Assembly: GCA_964423865.1 (NCBI GenBank)
Contig: CAYRGN010000012.1
Location: forward strand, 21,198-85,197
From: an uncultured Lacihabitans sp.
GTDB taxonomy: Bacteria; Bacteroidota; Bacteroidia; Cytophagales; Spirosomataceae
Reading direction: 5' to 3'
Length of the DNA: 64,000 bases
Of this stretch, positions 27,913 through 37,056 are shown piece after piece. The first letter of the stretch is position 1. Each line of letters opens with the position of its first letter. The position numbers were made by a program, and so were the translations under genes. The notes beneath the pieces are model-generated. The model made no database searches. It had not been told where the DNA came from and was given only the letters and a program-made list of their open reading frames with translations.

Positions 27913-28028
27913 GAGGTCTTTTGAAAAGTGCTGCAAAGGTAGGAAAAATAATACGAAGTATTAAGGCACTTTTAAAAAATTAATATTATTTTGCAGCTGG
28001 ATTCTTATAAAAAATACGTTTAAGGGAA

Positions 28029-28376
28029 ATGCAACTGTCACTGATAGATGAAATCCCCGGGTTCAATAAAGCTTTTTTCCTCGATGTGTACGCCGAGGCG
28101 CTTTGTGACAGCGGGAAGATGCGGCTGAAAACCATTAACGGGCAGCAGGTGCCTGAAGATCTCAGCGTGAGCATTGCCAGCCGGTTTATTTCGAAATATC
28201 CGGAGGGAACCATTTACAAACTCGATACCCGCCTGGTCAATAAAGGCGGGAAAAAACCGTATTTTGTAGCACTGAAAGCCAAAAAGGTAGAAAGAGCCAT
28301 TGAATTCTTTGACTATAATCTCAAAGTTCAATATGGTTTTGATCAGGAATTTTTATTTCAGAAAGCCCGGGGCTAA
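28029..28376 (+). CDS. Hypothetical protein (115 aa)
   Basis: Clean ORF divergent from prs; 3' end overlaps the DUF3822 gene by 56 nt. Confidence 0.65.
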   Translation: MQLSLIDEIPGFNKAFFLDVYAEALCDSGKMRLKTINGQQVPEDLSVSIASRFISKYPEGTIYKLDTRLVNKGGKKPYFVALKAKKVERAIEFFDYNLKVQYGFDQEFLFQKARG

Positions 28377-29151
28377 GCAAGGTGAAATAACGGTGCCAGG
28401 GAATGCTATCTGGGTGTTCTGACGGGGGTGGAGTGTGTCCGATCCGCACGGCTTGAAACTTCTCTTTCATGACACCGTAGGAAGCGCTGAAAGGTGTAAT
28501 CTCCCCAAAAAGTATCAGTTCAGATGCGGATGTCGACAGGTTTGGAAGATTCCGGACAGGGATCCTTTCGATATTCAAGGTCTTGTTTTTCCCCTTCATA
28601 GCGTATAAGGTTACAAAGTGGTCGGAGGCAACCCCCATGGCCAAATGGGTGAAATTGCGGGCAAAATACCGCGCCTGTACAGCCAGGGAAGACAGGGGGG
28701 CAAGGCCGGAATATACCATTGTAAAGAGGCGGGTGACCTTTTTCGGGGTGCCGCTTACGAGGTAATGGCCGGAAACCGCTTCGGAATACACATCAAAATC
28801 CGTTACGGGCGCGGATGGATAAGCCAGCGCCAGGTACCTTTCAGCGAGGGAAGGCAGGAAAACCGGGGCAGGGACCAGGGTATGAATTTCAAAATCAGAG
28901 AGCAGTTGAACACCTTTCCAGGAAGGAAGACCCAGGAATGGGTGGTGTTCGATCAGGGCGGCGCATCGCGACAAGCAGGCCGTCAGATCGTGACCCTGGC
29001 CCAGGAAGTGGTCCTCCAGCACCAAGAGTTCTTCTCCGTGTTTTACTGTAAAACGAAGTCGGGAATACTGGACCTCCAGAGTCAGGTCGTACCGTTCGGT
29101 ATATTCTGTAGAAAATCGCTCGTCTGTAATTTTGAAAGTGTTGTTCGTCAT
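28321..29151 (-). CDS. DUF3822 family protein
   Basis: 'DERFSTEYTERYDLTLEV', 'TLVPAPVF'; typical Bacteroidota context. Confidence 0.65.
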   Translation of the reverse strand: MTNNTFKITDERFSTEYTERYDLTLEVQYSRLRFTVKHGEELLVLEDHFLGQGHDLTACLSRCAALIEHHPFLGLPSWKGVQLLSDFEIHTLVPAPVFLPSLAERYLALAYPSAPVTDFDVYSEAVSGHYLVSGTPKKVTRLFTMVYSGLAPLSSLAVQARYFARNFTHLAMGVASDHFVTLYAMKGKNKTLNIERIPVRNLPNLSTSASELILFGEITPFSASYGVMKEKFQAVRIGHTPPPSEHPDSIPWHRYFTLLSPGLSEIKIPDQNHIEL

Positions 29152-29163
29152 GAGTTTGGGGTA

Positions 29164-29212
29164 TGAGCAATGAGCTTAGAGCTATGAGCTATGAGCTATG
29201 AGCTGTGAGCTT
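29164..29212. repeat. Heptamer tract (TGAGCTA-type) x7
   Basis: Read directly from the sequence. Confidence 0.9.
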
Positions 29213-29219
29213 TTGGTGT

Positions 29220-29657
29220 TTAATTTTTTTGGGGGAATACCGTTTCCTTCAGAAATGAAGGGCATTGGCCGGGCGGTATGCGAACCAGTTCATCTTCCGT
29301 AAACCACCGAAGTTCGGTCAGAATATTGCCTTCGGGGTCCGAGCCCAGTACCGGTTTCGGATCAGGGGCGGAAACCCGGAAGTACAATTCTACCGCATGA
29401 AGTTTTCCAGCGATATGTTCGTGAATACGGAGCAGTTCATGGACCGTGACCTCCAGACGGGTTTCTTCCCGGAACTCCCGCTGCAATCCGCTCACCACGT
29501 CCTCGCCCGGTTCCAGTCCGCCGCCCGGGGCATTCCAGAAGATGTTTTCCGGGTTCAGGAAGCGGTGGTTAAGCAGCAATACCCGGTTTTGCAGTCTCAA
29601 TACGCCGCAAGCCCGCAAGCGGATCCGTTGGCCGTAAAGGGTTTCAATGCTCGTCAT
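29220..29657 (-). CDS. NUDIX hydrolase
   Basis: Nudix box 'GGGLEPGEDVVSGLQREFREET'. Confidence 0.9.
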   Translation of the reverse strand: MTSIETLYGQRIRLRACGVLRLQNRVLLLNHRFLNPENIFWNAPGGGLEPGEDVVSGLQREFREETRLEVTVHELLRIHEHIAGKLHAVELYFRVSAPDPKPVLGSDPEGNILTELRWFTEDELVRIPPGQCPSFLKETVFPQKN

Positions 29658-30970
29658 TACATGTTTTTTCGGTAGGATTTCCCGTATTTCAGCTTCTTTT
29701 CGGCCTGGATATCGCGCCGTTTGTTTACTTTTTTGTTCTTGTCCAGTTTTTCATGAAACGCGGGGCCGGTAGCCTCCCGTTTGATTTTGGGCAACCTGAT
29801 TTCTTCATGTTCGGTTTCGAAGGGAAGGAGGTGCTCTTCCATTTCGATATAGGCGGGTAAAGGAAGGCGCGTGAGTTGAAGGCGGTACATGGCTTCGATC
29901 TCCCCAAAGGCCTCTTCTTCCCGTTCACTCACCAGGCTGATGGCCGTACCGAAGCTTTCGCCCCGGCCCGTGCGGCCGATCCGGTGGATATAATCGTTTG
30001 TTTCTTCGGGAATATCCATATTCACTACGTGGGTGATGCCCCGGATGTCCAGTCCCCGGGAGCCGATATCCGTGGAAATGAGGGTGCTTACCGTTCCCTC
30101 CGAAAATTCTTTGATGGCCCGGAAGCGGTAATTCTGGGATTTGTTGGAGTGAATCACTTCCACACCCTCTATACCCCGGTTTTTTAATTCCTGGAACAGG
30201 AGGTCTGCCGCTGATTTCTGGGCTACAAAAACCAGGTTTTTTTTCATTTCTTCGTCGTTGGCCAGAAGAAGTTCCAGGAGGTTGATTTTGGTGAGAAAAT
30301 TGGGGGCCGAGTAGGTTTTCTGGCGGATGTTTTCCAGGGGTGTTCCCACGTCGGCGTCTTCTATGACTTCGGGCGATTTGAAAATATCGTGAATCAGTTC
30401 TTCCACTTCTTCCGAAATGGTGGCGGAAAACAGCAGGTTTTGCCTTTTTTCGGGAATTTTATTGAAAATAAGGTCGAGCTGGGGCCGAAAACCCAGATCC
30501 AGCATCATGTCAAATTCGTCAATGACCAGTTTTTTGATGTTTTTTACCTTCAGGATACCTGCCGCGGCAAGGTCGGTGAAGCGGCCCGGAGTGGCCACTA
30601 CCATATCGCAGCCGTTCAGCAGTTCCGCCGCCTGGGTTTTCATATTGACGCCGCCATACACGCCTGTGACGTCAAAACTCATGTAAGGGGTGAGCGACTT
30701 CACACTTTCCACTACCTGCATGACCAGTTCGCGGGTAGGAACCAGCACCAGTATTTGCGGAAGTTTGTCTTTGCTGAAAGTCCACATTCTTAATAGGGGC
30801 AAAAGGTAGGCAAAAGTCTTGCCTGTACCCGTGCGCGCTATACCCGCCAGGTCTTTGCCTGACATCACCGCCGGGAATATTTTTTCCTGGATGGCCGTGG
30901 GGGAAATCAGACCCAGGTCGTCCAGGGCATTCAGCAGGGGCTTGTTAAGATTGAGGTCGGAGAATTGCAT
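29657..30970 (-). CDS. DEAD-box RNA helicase (DEFD variant)
   Basis: Q motif, 'RTGTGKT', 'PTREL', 'DEFD', 'SAT', 'HRIGRTGR'. Confidence 0.93.
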   Translation of the reverse strand: MQFSDLNLNKPLLNALDDLGLISPTAIQEKIFPAVMSGKDLAGIARTGTGKTFAYLLPLLRMWTFSKDKLPQILVLVPTRELVMQVVESVKSLTPYMSFDVTGVYGGVNMKTQAAELLNGCDMVVATPGRFTDLAAAGILKVKNIKKLVIDEFDMMLDLGFRPQLDLIFNKIPEKRQNLLFSATISEEVEELIHDIFKSPEVIEDADVGTPLENIRQKTYSAPNFLTKINLLELLLANDEEMKKNLVFVAQKSAADLLFQELKNRGIEGVEVIHSNKSQNYRFRAIKEFSEGTVSTLISTDIGSRGLDIRGITHVVNMDIPEETNDYIHRIGRTGRGESFGTAISLVSEREEEAFGEIEAMYRLQLTRLPLPAYIEMEEHLLPFETEHEEIRLPKIKREATGPAFHEKLDKNKKVNKRRDIQAEKKLKYGKSYRKNM

Positions 30971-31040
30971 AAGAACTAATCTGAATAATTTTACAAATTT
31001 AATTGATTTCATGCGTATATTGGTGACTTAATTCAGTTAA

Positions 31041-31075
31041 TAGCTCATAGCTCACAGCGCATAGCTTGCAGCTCA
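31041..31075. repeat. Heptamer tract (TAGCTCA-type) x5
   Basis: Read directly from the sequence. Confidence 0.85.
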
Positions 31076-31086
31076 AAATTAAACGC

Positions 31087-31686
31087 ATGAAGAAAACACT
31101 TTTGCTCCTTTTGTTGCCCTGCTTTATTTTTGCCCAGAAATCAAAGCAGGTATCTCTTTTTAATGGTAAGAACCTGGACGGGTGGGTCATTTACGGTACG
31201 GAAAAATGGTATGTGGAAGACGGCCTCCTGGTTTGCGAGAGCGGGCCGGACAAAGGTTACGGATACCTGGGAACGGAAAAATCGTACAAAGATTTTGAAC
31301 TTACACTGGAGTTTTTTCCGGAAGATAACGGGAATAGCGGGGTGTTCTTCCATTCCAGTATTGAAGGAACCAAGGTGAGCGGATGGCAGGCCGAAGTGGC
31401 CCCTCCGGGATACTTTTCCGGCGGGATTTACGAGTCGTATAAACGCGGCTGGCTGATTAAGCCGGACAAAGAACTGGATAACGTAAAAATGAATACCTGG
31501 AATTCCATGAAGATCAAAGTACTTGGTGATGAAGTGACCACCTGGGTAAACGGGGTGCAGATGGTGACGCTGAAAGACCCGGTATTTGCGGATTCGGACG
31601 GTAAGATCGCTTTACAGATTCATGACGGCGGGGGGATAAAAGTGAAGTGGAGAAACATGAAGATCAAGACGTTGAAAGCGAAGTAA
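31087..31686 (+). CDS. DUF1080 (3-keto-disaccharide hydrolase family) secreted protein
   Basis: Signal peptide; '[10 protein letters not shown]', 'GNSGVF', 'WNSMKI', 'IALQIH'. Confidence 0.88.
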   Translation: MKKTLLLLLLPCFIFAQKSKQVSLFNGKNLDGWVIYGTEKWYVEDGLLVCESGPDKGYGYLGTEKSYKDFELTLEFFPEDNGNSGVFFHSSIEGTKVSGWQAEVAPPGYFSGGIYESYKRGWLIKPDKELDNVKMNTWNSMKIKVLGDEVTTWVNGVQMVTLKDPVFADSDGKIALQIHDGGGIKVKWRNMKIKTLKAK

Positions 31687-31715
31687 ATTGTAAATTTCTA
31701 TTTTTTATATTTAAC

Positions 31716-32759
31716 ATGGCAGAAAACACAGAAAAACTAAAAATCCTGCAATCCACACTTGACAAGCTGGACAAGTCATTTGGTAAGGGGACGGTGATGC
31801 GCCTGAGCGACACCAAAGTATTGGATGTACCCGTAATTTCTACGGGTTCATTAGGATTAGACCTCGCTTTGGGGGTAAACGGGTTACCCAAAGGAAGGGT
31901 AGTAGAGATCTACGGTCCGGAATCTTCCGGTAAAACTACGCTGGCGATGCACGCTATTGCCGAAGCGCAGAAGCAAGGCGGAATCGCGGCTTTCATTGAT
32001 GCCGAACACGCGTTTGACCGCCTGTACGCGGAGAAACTGGGTATTGATACCAAAAACCTGCTGATTTCTCAGCCGGATTATGGAGAGCAGGCCCTGGAGA
32101 TTGCGGAACACCTGATTGCGTCCGGTGCAATTGATATTTGTGTGATTGACTCCGTGGCGGCGCTGGTGCCTAAGGCGGAACTGGACGGGGAGATGGGTGA
32201 CAGCAAGATGGGGCTACAGGCCCGGCTGATGTCGCAAGCCCTCAGAAAACTGACCGGTACCATCAATAAGACGGGTTGTACCTGTATTTTTATCAACCAG
32301 CTTCGCGACAAGATCGGGGTGATGTTTGGGAGCCCGGAGACCACTACAGGGGGTAACGCCCTGAAATTCTATGCTTCCGTTCGGATCGATATCCGGCGAA
32401 TAGGGCAGATCAAAGACAACGACAGCAATATCATTGGTAACCGTACCCGGGTGAAAGTGGTAAAAAATAAAGTGGCTCCGCCGTTTAAGGTGATTGAGTT
32501 TGATATCATGTACGGCGAAGGGGTGTCGAAGTCCGGTGAGGTGCTAGACCTTGCCGTTGACCTGGATATTATCAAAAAATCCGGTTCCTGGTTCTCGTAC
32601 GGTGCCGACCGCCTGGGGCAGGGCCGTGACGCGGTGAAAAGCCTCATTAAGGATAATCCTGAACTGATGGCCGAGCTCGAAGAAAAGATCAAGGCTACGG
32701 TGGCCGGTAATGCCGACGCGCTGATGGATAAAAATGCCGACGGAGAGTCTGCCGACTGA
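31716..32759 (+). CDS. recA: Recombinase A
   Basis: 'GPESSGKTT', 'IDSVAALVP', '[10 protein letters not shown]', 'TGGNALKFY'. Confidence 0.98.
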   Translation: MAENTEKLKILQSTLDKLDKSFGKGTVMRLSDTKVLDVPVISTGSLGLDLALGVNGLPKGRVVEIYGPESSGKTTLAMHAIAEAQKQGGIAAFIDAEHAFDRLYAEKLGIDTKNLLISQPDYGEQALEIAEHLIASGAIDICVIDSVAALVPKAELDGEMGDSKMGLQARLMSQALRKLTGTINKTGCTCIFINQLRDKIGVMFGSPETTTGGNALKFYASVRIDIRRIGQIKDNDSNIIGNRTRVKVVKNKVAPPFKVIEFDIMYGEGVSKSGEVLDLAVDLDIIKKSGSWFSYGADRLGQGRDAVKSLIKDNPELMAELEEKIKATVAGNADALMDKNADGESAD

Positions 32760-32779
32760 AATTCCGTTAAGTAAATGTT

Positions 32780-32809
32780 AAGGTGTTCCGATGGGACACC
32801 TTTTCTTTT
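32780..32809 (+). terminator. Intrinsic terminator after recA
   Basis: AAGGTGTTCC-GAT-GGGACACCTT followed by T-rich tail. Confidence 0.8.
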
Positions 32810-32873
32810 AATTTATTGGTCTAATCTATAGTTTTTAAGCAGATTCTATCGTTAACTATAAAAAGCAACTGCC

Positions 32874-33635
32874 TTGAAATTCAGAATTCTCGTATGCGTT
32901 TTGCTTTCCCTGTTGTTTTTGGGGTTTCGCCAGAATAATTTCCAGACGGGGGAAGAGTACCATTACCGGGTCAAATACGGCATCCTGACCATCGGTTCAG
33001 CCAATGTGGGTGTAGATACCCGTACCTACCAGGTAAATGGCCTGCCTTGTTATAAAATTCATATTTTGGGCCGAACAGAAGGGATTACCGACCTGTTTAA
33101 GGTGCGGAATACCTACACTACTTATATGGATACGGTCCGGTATTTGCCTCAGAAATTTGAGTACAGTGCCCGTGAAAACAATTACAGGCGGGATCAGGTA
33201 CTTTATTTTGATCACAACAAGAACATGGTGGTGAAGAAGGAGAAAGAATCCATAGATACTTATAGTGTGCCGAAAAATATTCACGATGTGATTACCGGAT
33301 ATTATTCGCTTCGACATGTTGATTTTTCCCAGTATGCTATAGGGCAAACCTATTCTGCTCCGCTTTTCTTCGATGACGAATATTATAGATTCAGTGTGAA
33401 ATATGCAGGCAAGGCTACCATTAAAACCCGGTTTGGGAAGATTAATGTCCTGAAATTGAATCCCGTTTTGCCCGACAATAAACTCTTTAAGGGCGAAGAC
33501 GCCATCCGGGTGTGGGTCACCGACGACCGTAACCGGGTGCCGGTGAAGATCGAAGTAGATTTCTCCTTCGGGACCATTGTGATGGAAATGCGGAAGTACA
33601 AAAAGAACCTGTTTCCATTTGATTTTAGCGGATAG
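32874..33635 (+). CDS. DUF3108 domain protein
   Basis: 'GEEYHYRVKYG', 'VWVTDDRNRVPVKI'; TTG start. Confidence 0.8.
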   Translation: MKFRILVCVLLSLLFLGFRQNNFQTGEEYHYRVKYGILTIGSANVGVDTRTYQVNGLPCYKIHILGRTEGITDLFKVRNTYTTYMDTVRYLPQKFEYSARENNYRRDQVLYFDHNKNMVVKKEKESIDTYSVPKNIHDVITGYYSLRHVDFSQYAIGQTYSAPLFFDDEYYRFSVKYAGKATIKTRFGKINVLKLNPVLPDNKLFKGEDAIRVWVTDDRNRVPVKIEVDFSFGTIVMEMRKYKKNLFPFDFSG

Positions 33636-33700
33636 GTCGGCATCGCACGCACATGGCCTCGAAAGAAAAAATCCCCGCATTTCATGTGTATAAAATTTTT

Positions 33701-33863
33701 GCCTTCAGCTATCAGCGGTCAGCCGGGCGGAGGGCCGCCCCGCGACACTTCGCTTATTCATTGGGGGGCGCCTAGCCGGCGGTCGGGCGACGCTTCGCTG
33801 GTGTGCCGGTTTTCTGATAGTGGTTCTCCACCCGGCTGATAGCTGAATGCTCATGGCTATTTC
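33701..33863. repeat. About 160-bp composite palindromic element, copy A
   Basis: Near-identical to 42964-43127; heptamer-built terminal inverted repeats. Confidence 0.9.
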
Positions 33864-33897
33864 GTAAGACAAAACATTTGGAATTCCGCCGGATATC

Positions 33898-34245
33898 GAT
33901 GTTTTACCGATAGGTTGTCCCTACAGGACATGACGGTTTCGCTGGATATGGAATTGCATTCCCGTAGGGGATTGTATAACGGTAGAAAACCGGATGTTTT
34001 ACCGATAGGTTGTCCCTACAGGACATGACGGTTTCGCTGGATATGGAATTGCATTCCCGTAGGGGATTGTATAACGGTAGAAAACCGGATGTTTTACCGA
34101 TAGGTTGTCCCTGCGGGACATGGGGATTTCGCCGGATATGGAACTGCATTCCCCGTAGGGGATTGTATAACGGTAGAAAATGGGATTCCTTTCTCTTTCT
34201 TCATACCCCGTAGGGGTTAAATAGTATTGTAAAAAGTCTACCGAC
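33898..34245. repeat. BIME-like array: three 95-bp tandem units of inverted REP arms plus a partial fourth
   Basis: Units start at 33898, 33993, 34088; arms TTTTACCGATAGGTTGTCCCTACAGGA / TCCCGTAGGGGATTGTATAACGGTAGAAAA. Confidence 0.9.
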
Positions 34246-34446
34246 AGGTGTTAAAAACATAGGGTTAGGAGCTTTTTTCTTCATTAACTATACTTTTTTC
34301 TTCTATCAATGTAAGGTTTTCTGTTTTTTCCTCTACCTTTGCAGCATTATTTTTTAATCTGCTGTAAACGCTGTTCTCCATGACCCTGAAGTCAGTTGTA
34401 TATTACCGATAGTGCATAGGAGATAGCACAGCTTAAAAAAAACACG

Positions 34447-35763
34447 ATGAAAATAGCTGTAGTAGGTACCGGGTATGTAGGTTTGGTGACCGGAACATGT
34501 TTTGCCGAGACAGGGAACGAAGTCACCTGTATCGATATTGACCAGGCGAAGGTAGACAGCCTGAAAAAGGGAAAGATTACCATATATGAGCCGGGACTGG
34601 AACCTATTTTTGACCGGAACCGTAAAGACGGAAGGTTAAAATTTACTACTGAACTGGAAGAAGGGATTAAGGAAGCCGAAGTGATTTTCCTGGCGTTACC
34701 CACTCCTCCGGGAGAAGACGGTTCAGCCGACCTGAAATATATCCTGGGGGTAGCAGACCACATCGGTAAGGTGCTGGATCATTACGCCGTGATTGTGGAT
34801 AAAAGTACGGTACCGGTAGGAACCGCCGAGAAAGTACATGCCAAGGTGGCGGCGAATGCCAAAACCGAGTTTGATGTAGTCTCTAACCCGGAATTTTTGC
34901 GGGAAGGGGTAGCGGTAGAAGACTTCATGAAGCCGGACCGCGTAGTGGTAGGGACGAGCTCGGAAAGGGCGAAGGTCATCATGGAGAGGTTGTATGCGCC
35001 TCTGGTAAGACAGGGGAATCCTATTATCTTTATGGACGAACGCTCGGCGGAAATGACCAAATACGCGGCTAACTCTTTCCTCGCCATGAAAATTACCTTC
35101 ATGAACGAGATGGCCAACCTTTGTGAGCTGGCCGGCGCTAACGTAGATAACGTGCGGAGAGGTATCGGTACCGACAGCCGTATCGGTAAACGTTTCCTGT
35201 TTCCGGGGATCGGGTATGGAGGAAGTTGTTTCCCGAAAGATGTGCAGGCCCTGGGAAAAACCGCCCAGGAGTTTGACTATGATTTCCGGATTCTGAAATC
35301 CATTATGCTGGTCAATGAAAAGCAGAAAGTAAAGCTGATTCCCCGGGTGAAGGAGTATTTTGGAGGAGATTTGAAAGGGAAAACCATTGCCTTATGGGGA
35401 CTCGCATTCAAACCGTATACCGATGACATCCGGGAGGCGCCATCCCTTTACAATATCAAAGCGCTGAAAAGAGCCGGAGCGAAAGTGGTGGTGTTTGACC
35501 CCGAGGCTGTAGCCAACGTGAAGAAAGAAATCGGTAAAAAAGTGAAGTACGCTTCGGGTATGTACGATGCGCTGGAAGGTGCCGATGCCCTGATGATTAT
35601 GACCGAGTGGCCCGAATTCAGAACACCGGATTTTAAGAAAGTAGCGGAAAAACTGAAAAATAAAGCGATCTTTGACGGGCGTAACCTGTATGACCTGGAA
35701 GAAATGAAGGGGCTGGGCTTTGCTTATTTTTCTATAGGCAGGGAAGCTGTAAAAGTGAAGTAA
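34447..35763 (+). CDS. ugd: UDP-glucose 6-dehydrogenase
   Basis: GTGYVG, SNPEFLREG, catalytic GGSCFPKD. Confidence 0.96.
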   Translation: MKIAVVGTGYVGLVTGTCFAETGNEVTCIDIDQAKVDSLKKGKITIYEPGLEPIFDRNRKDGRLKFTTELEEGIKEAEVIFLALPTPPGEDGSADLKYILGVADHIGKVLDHYAVIVDKSTVPVGTAEKVHAKVAANAKTEFDVVSNPEFLREGVAVEDFMKPDRVVVGTSSERAKVIMERLYAPLVRQGNPIIFMDERSAEMTKYAANSFLAMKITFMNEMANLCELAGANVDNVRRGIGTDSRIGKRFLFPGIGYGGSCFPKDVQALGKTAQEFDYDFRILKSIMLVNEKQKVKLIPRVKEYFGGDLKGKTIALWGLAFKPYTDDIREAPSLYNIKALKRAGAKVVVFDPEAVANVKKEIGKKVKYASGMYDALEGADALMIMTEWPEFRTPDFKKVAEKLKNKAIFDGRNLYDLEEMKGLGFAYFSIGREAVKVK

Positions 35764-35768
35764 GTTAT

Positions 35769-35853
35769 GAGTAGTGAGTAGTGAGTAGTGAGTAGTGAGT
35801 AATGGGTTAAGGAATCAAACCTGCGTAACTCACTACTCACTACTCACTACTCA
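35769..35853. repeat. Inverted heptamer tracts (GAGTAGT)x5 ... (CTCACTA)x3.5
   Basis: 35769-35803 and 35829-35853 are reverse complements. Confidence 0.95.
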
Positions 35854-35866
35854 AAACTAAACATCT

Positions 35867-36838
35867 ATGAAACGAATACTAATTACCGGTGGGGCAGGCT
35901 TTCTCGGCTCTCACCTTTGCGACAGATTCATTAAGGAAGGCTACCATGTGGTGGCCATGGATAACCTGATTACGGGCGACCTGAGGAATATTGAGCATCT
36001 TTTTAAACTACCGAACTTCGAGTTCTATCACCACGATGTGAGTAAGTTTATCCATGTGCCGGGTGAGCTGGATTATATCCTGCATTTTGCATCACCGGCC
36101 AGTCCGATAGACTACCTCAAAATCCCGATTCAGACGCTCAAAGTGGGTTCTTTAGGTATCCATAACTGCCTGGGACTGGCGCGGGTAAAGAAGGCCCGTG
36201 TACTGATTGCTTCCACTTCGGAAGTATACGGTGACCCCCAGGTGCATCCCCAGACAGAAGATTACTGGGGGCATGTAAACCCGGTAGGGCCACGTGGAGT
36301 ATATGACGAAGCCAAACGTTTTCAGGAAGCCATGACCATGGCCTACCATACCTATCACGGTGTGGAAACGCGTATTATCCGGATCTTTAATACCTACGGA
36401 CCGCGCATGCGCCTGAACGACGGCCGCGTGCTGCCCGCCTTTATCGGACAGGCTTTGCGGGGAGAAGACCTCACTATTTTCGGTGACGGTTCCCAGACCC
36501 GGTCTTTTTGCTACGTGGCTGACCTCGTAGAAGGCATTTATCGTCTACTTTTGTCTGATTATCCTCATCCGGTCAATATTGGTAATCCTTCCGAAATCAC
36601 AATCAAAGACTTTGCGGAAGAAATCATAAAGCTGACGGGTACGGATCAGAAGGTGGTGTACAAAGACCTGCCCAAAGACGATCCCAAGCAGCGTCAGCCC
36701 GATATTACCAAAGCCCGCGAAATTCTGGGCTGGGAACCCCAGGTAGACCGGGGGGAAGGGCTGAAGCTCACCTACGAATATTTTAAAAGTTTGCCTGAGG
36801 AGAGACTTTTTGAAGAAGCCCGACACAGGGAATTTTAA
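35867..36838 (+). CDS. uxs: UDP-glucuronate decarboxylase (UDP-xylose synthase)
   Basis: [19 protein letters not shown], '[10 protein letters not shown]'. Confidence 0.92.
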   Translation: MKRILITGGAGFLGSHLCDRFIKEGYHVVAMDNLITGDLRNIEHLFKLPNFEFYHHDVSKFIHVPGELDYILHFASPASPIDYLKIPIQTLKVGSLGIHNCLGLARVKKARVLIASTSEVYGDPQVHPQTEDYWGHVNPVGPRGVYDEAKRFQEAMTMAYHTYHGVETRIIRIFNTYGPRMRLNDGRVLPAFIGQALRGEDLTIFGDGSQTRSFCYVADLVEGIYRLLLSDYPHPVNIGNPSEITIKDFAEEIIKLTGTDQKVVYKDLPKDDPKQRQPDITKAREILGWEPQVDRGEGLKLTYEYFKSLPEERLFEEARHREF

Positions 36839-36845
36839 TGAGGGG

Positions 36846-36875
36846 AAAAAGACCGGCTAGACCGGTCTTTTTTTT
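36846..36875 (+). terminator. Intrinsic terminator after uxs
   Basis: AAAAAGACCGG-CTAGA-CCGGTCTTTTTTTT. Confidence 0.9.
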
Positions 36876-37056
36876 GGAATCTATTCTCAGAAATCCCTGT
36901 TTTTTGGCGGCTCCTAACCCTCCTTCGGCGCGAGGAAACGTACTGATTTTGTCAAAGGATGCTTTAATTTTAGCGAATGTAGGGGTGGAAGTTGAAGATG
37001 AAAGAAAAGTTTTGAATATTGCTTCTCTTAATCGGATAACTCCGCCCTCGAAATCT

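Noticed and set aside
31647-31715. RecA N-terminal extension
   Set aside because: It overlaps the DUF1080 end; RecA homology starts at ATG 31716
33898-34182. Possible CRISPR array (95-bp period)
   Set aside because: The intervening sequences are identical between units, there is no cas gene, and the arms are inverted REP-like
36838-37056. N-terminal extension of the 968-aa ORF
   Set aside because: It spans the uxs terminator, and the signal peptide starts at ATG 37057
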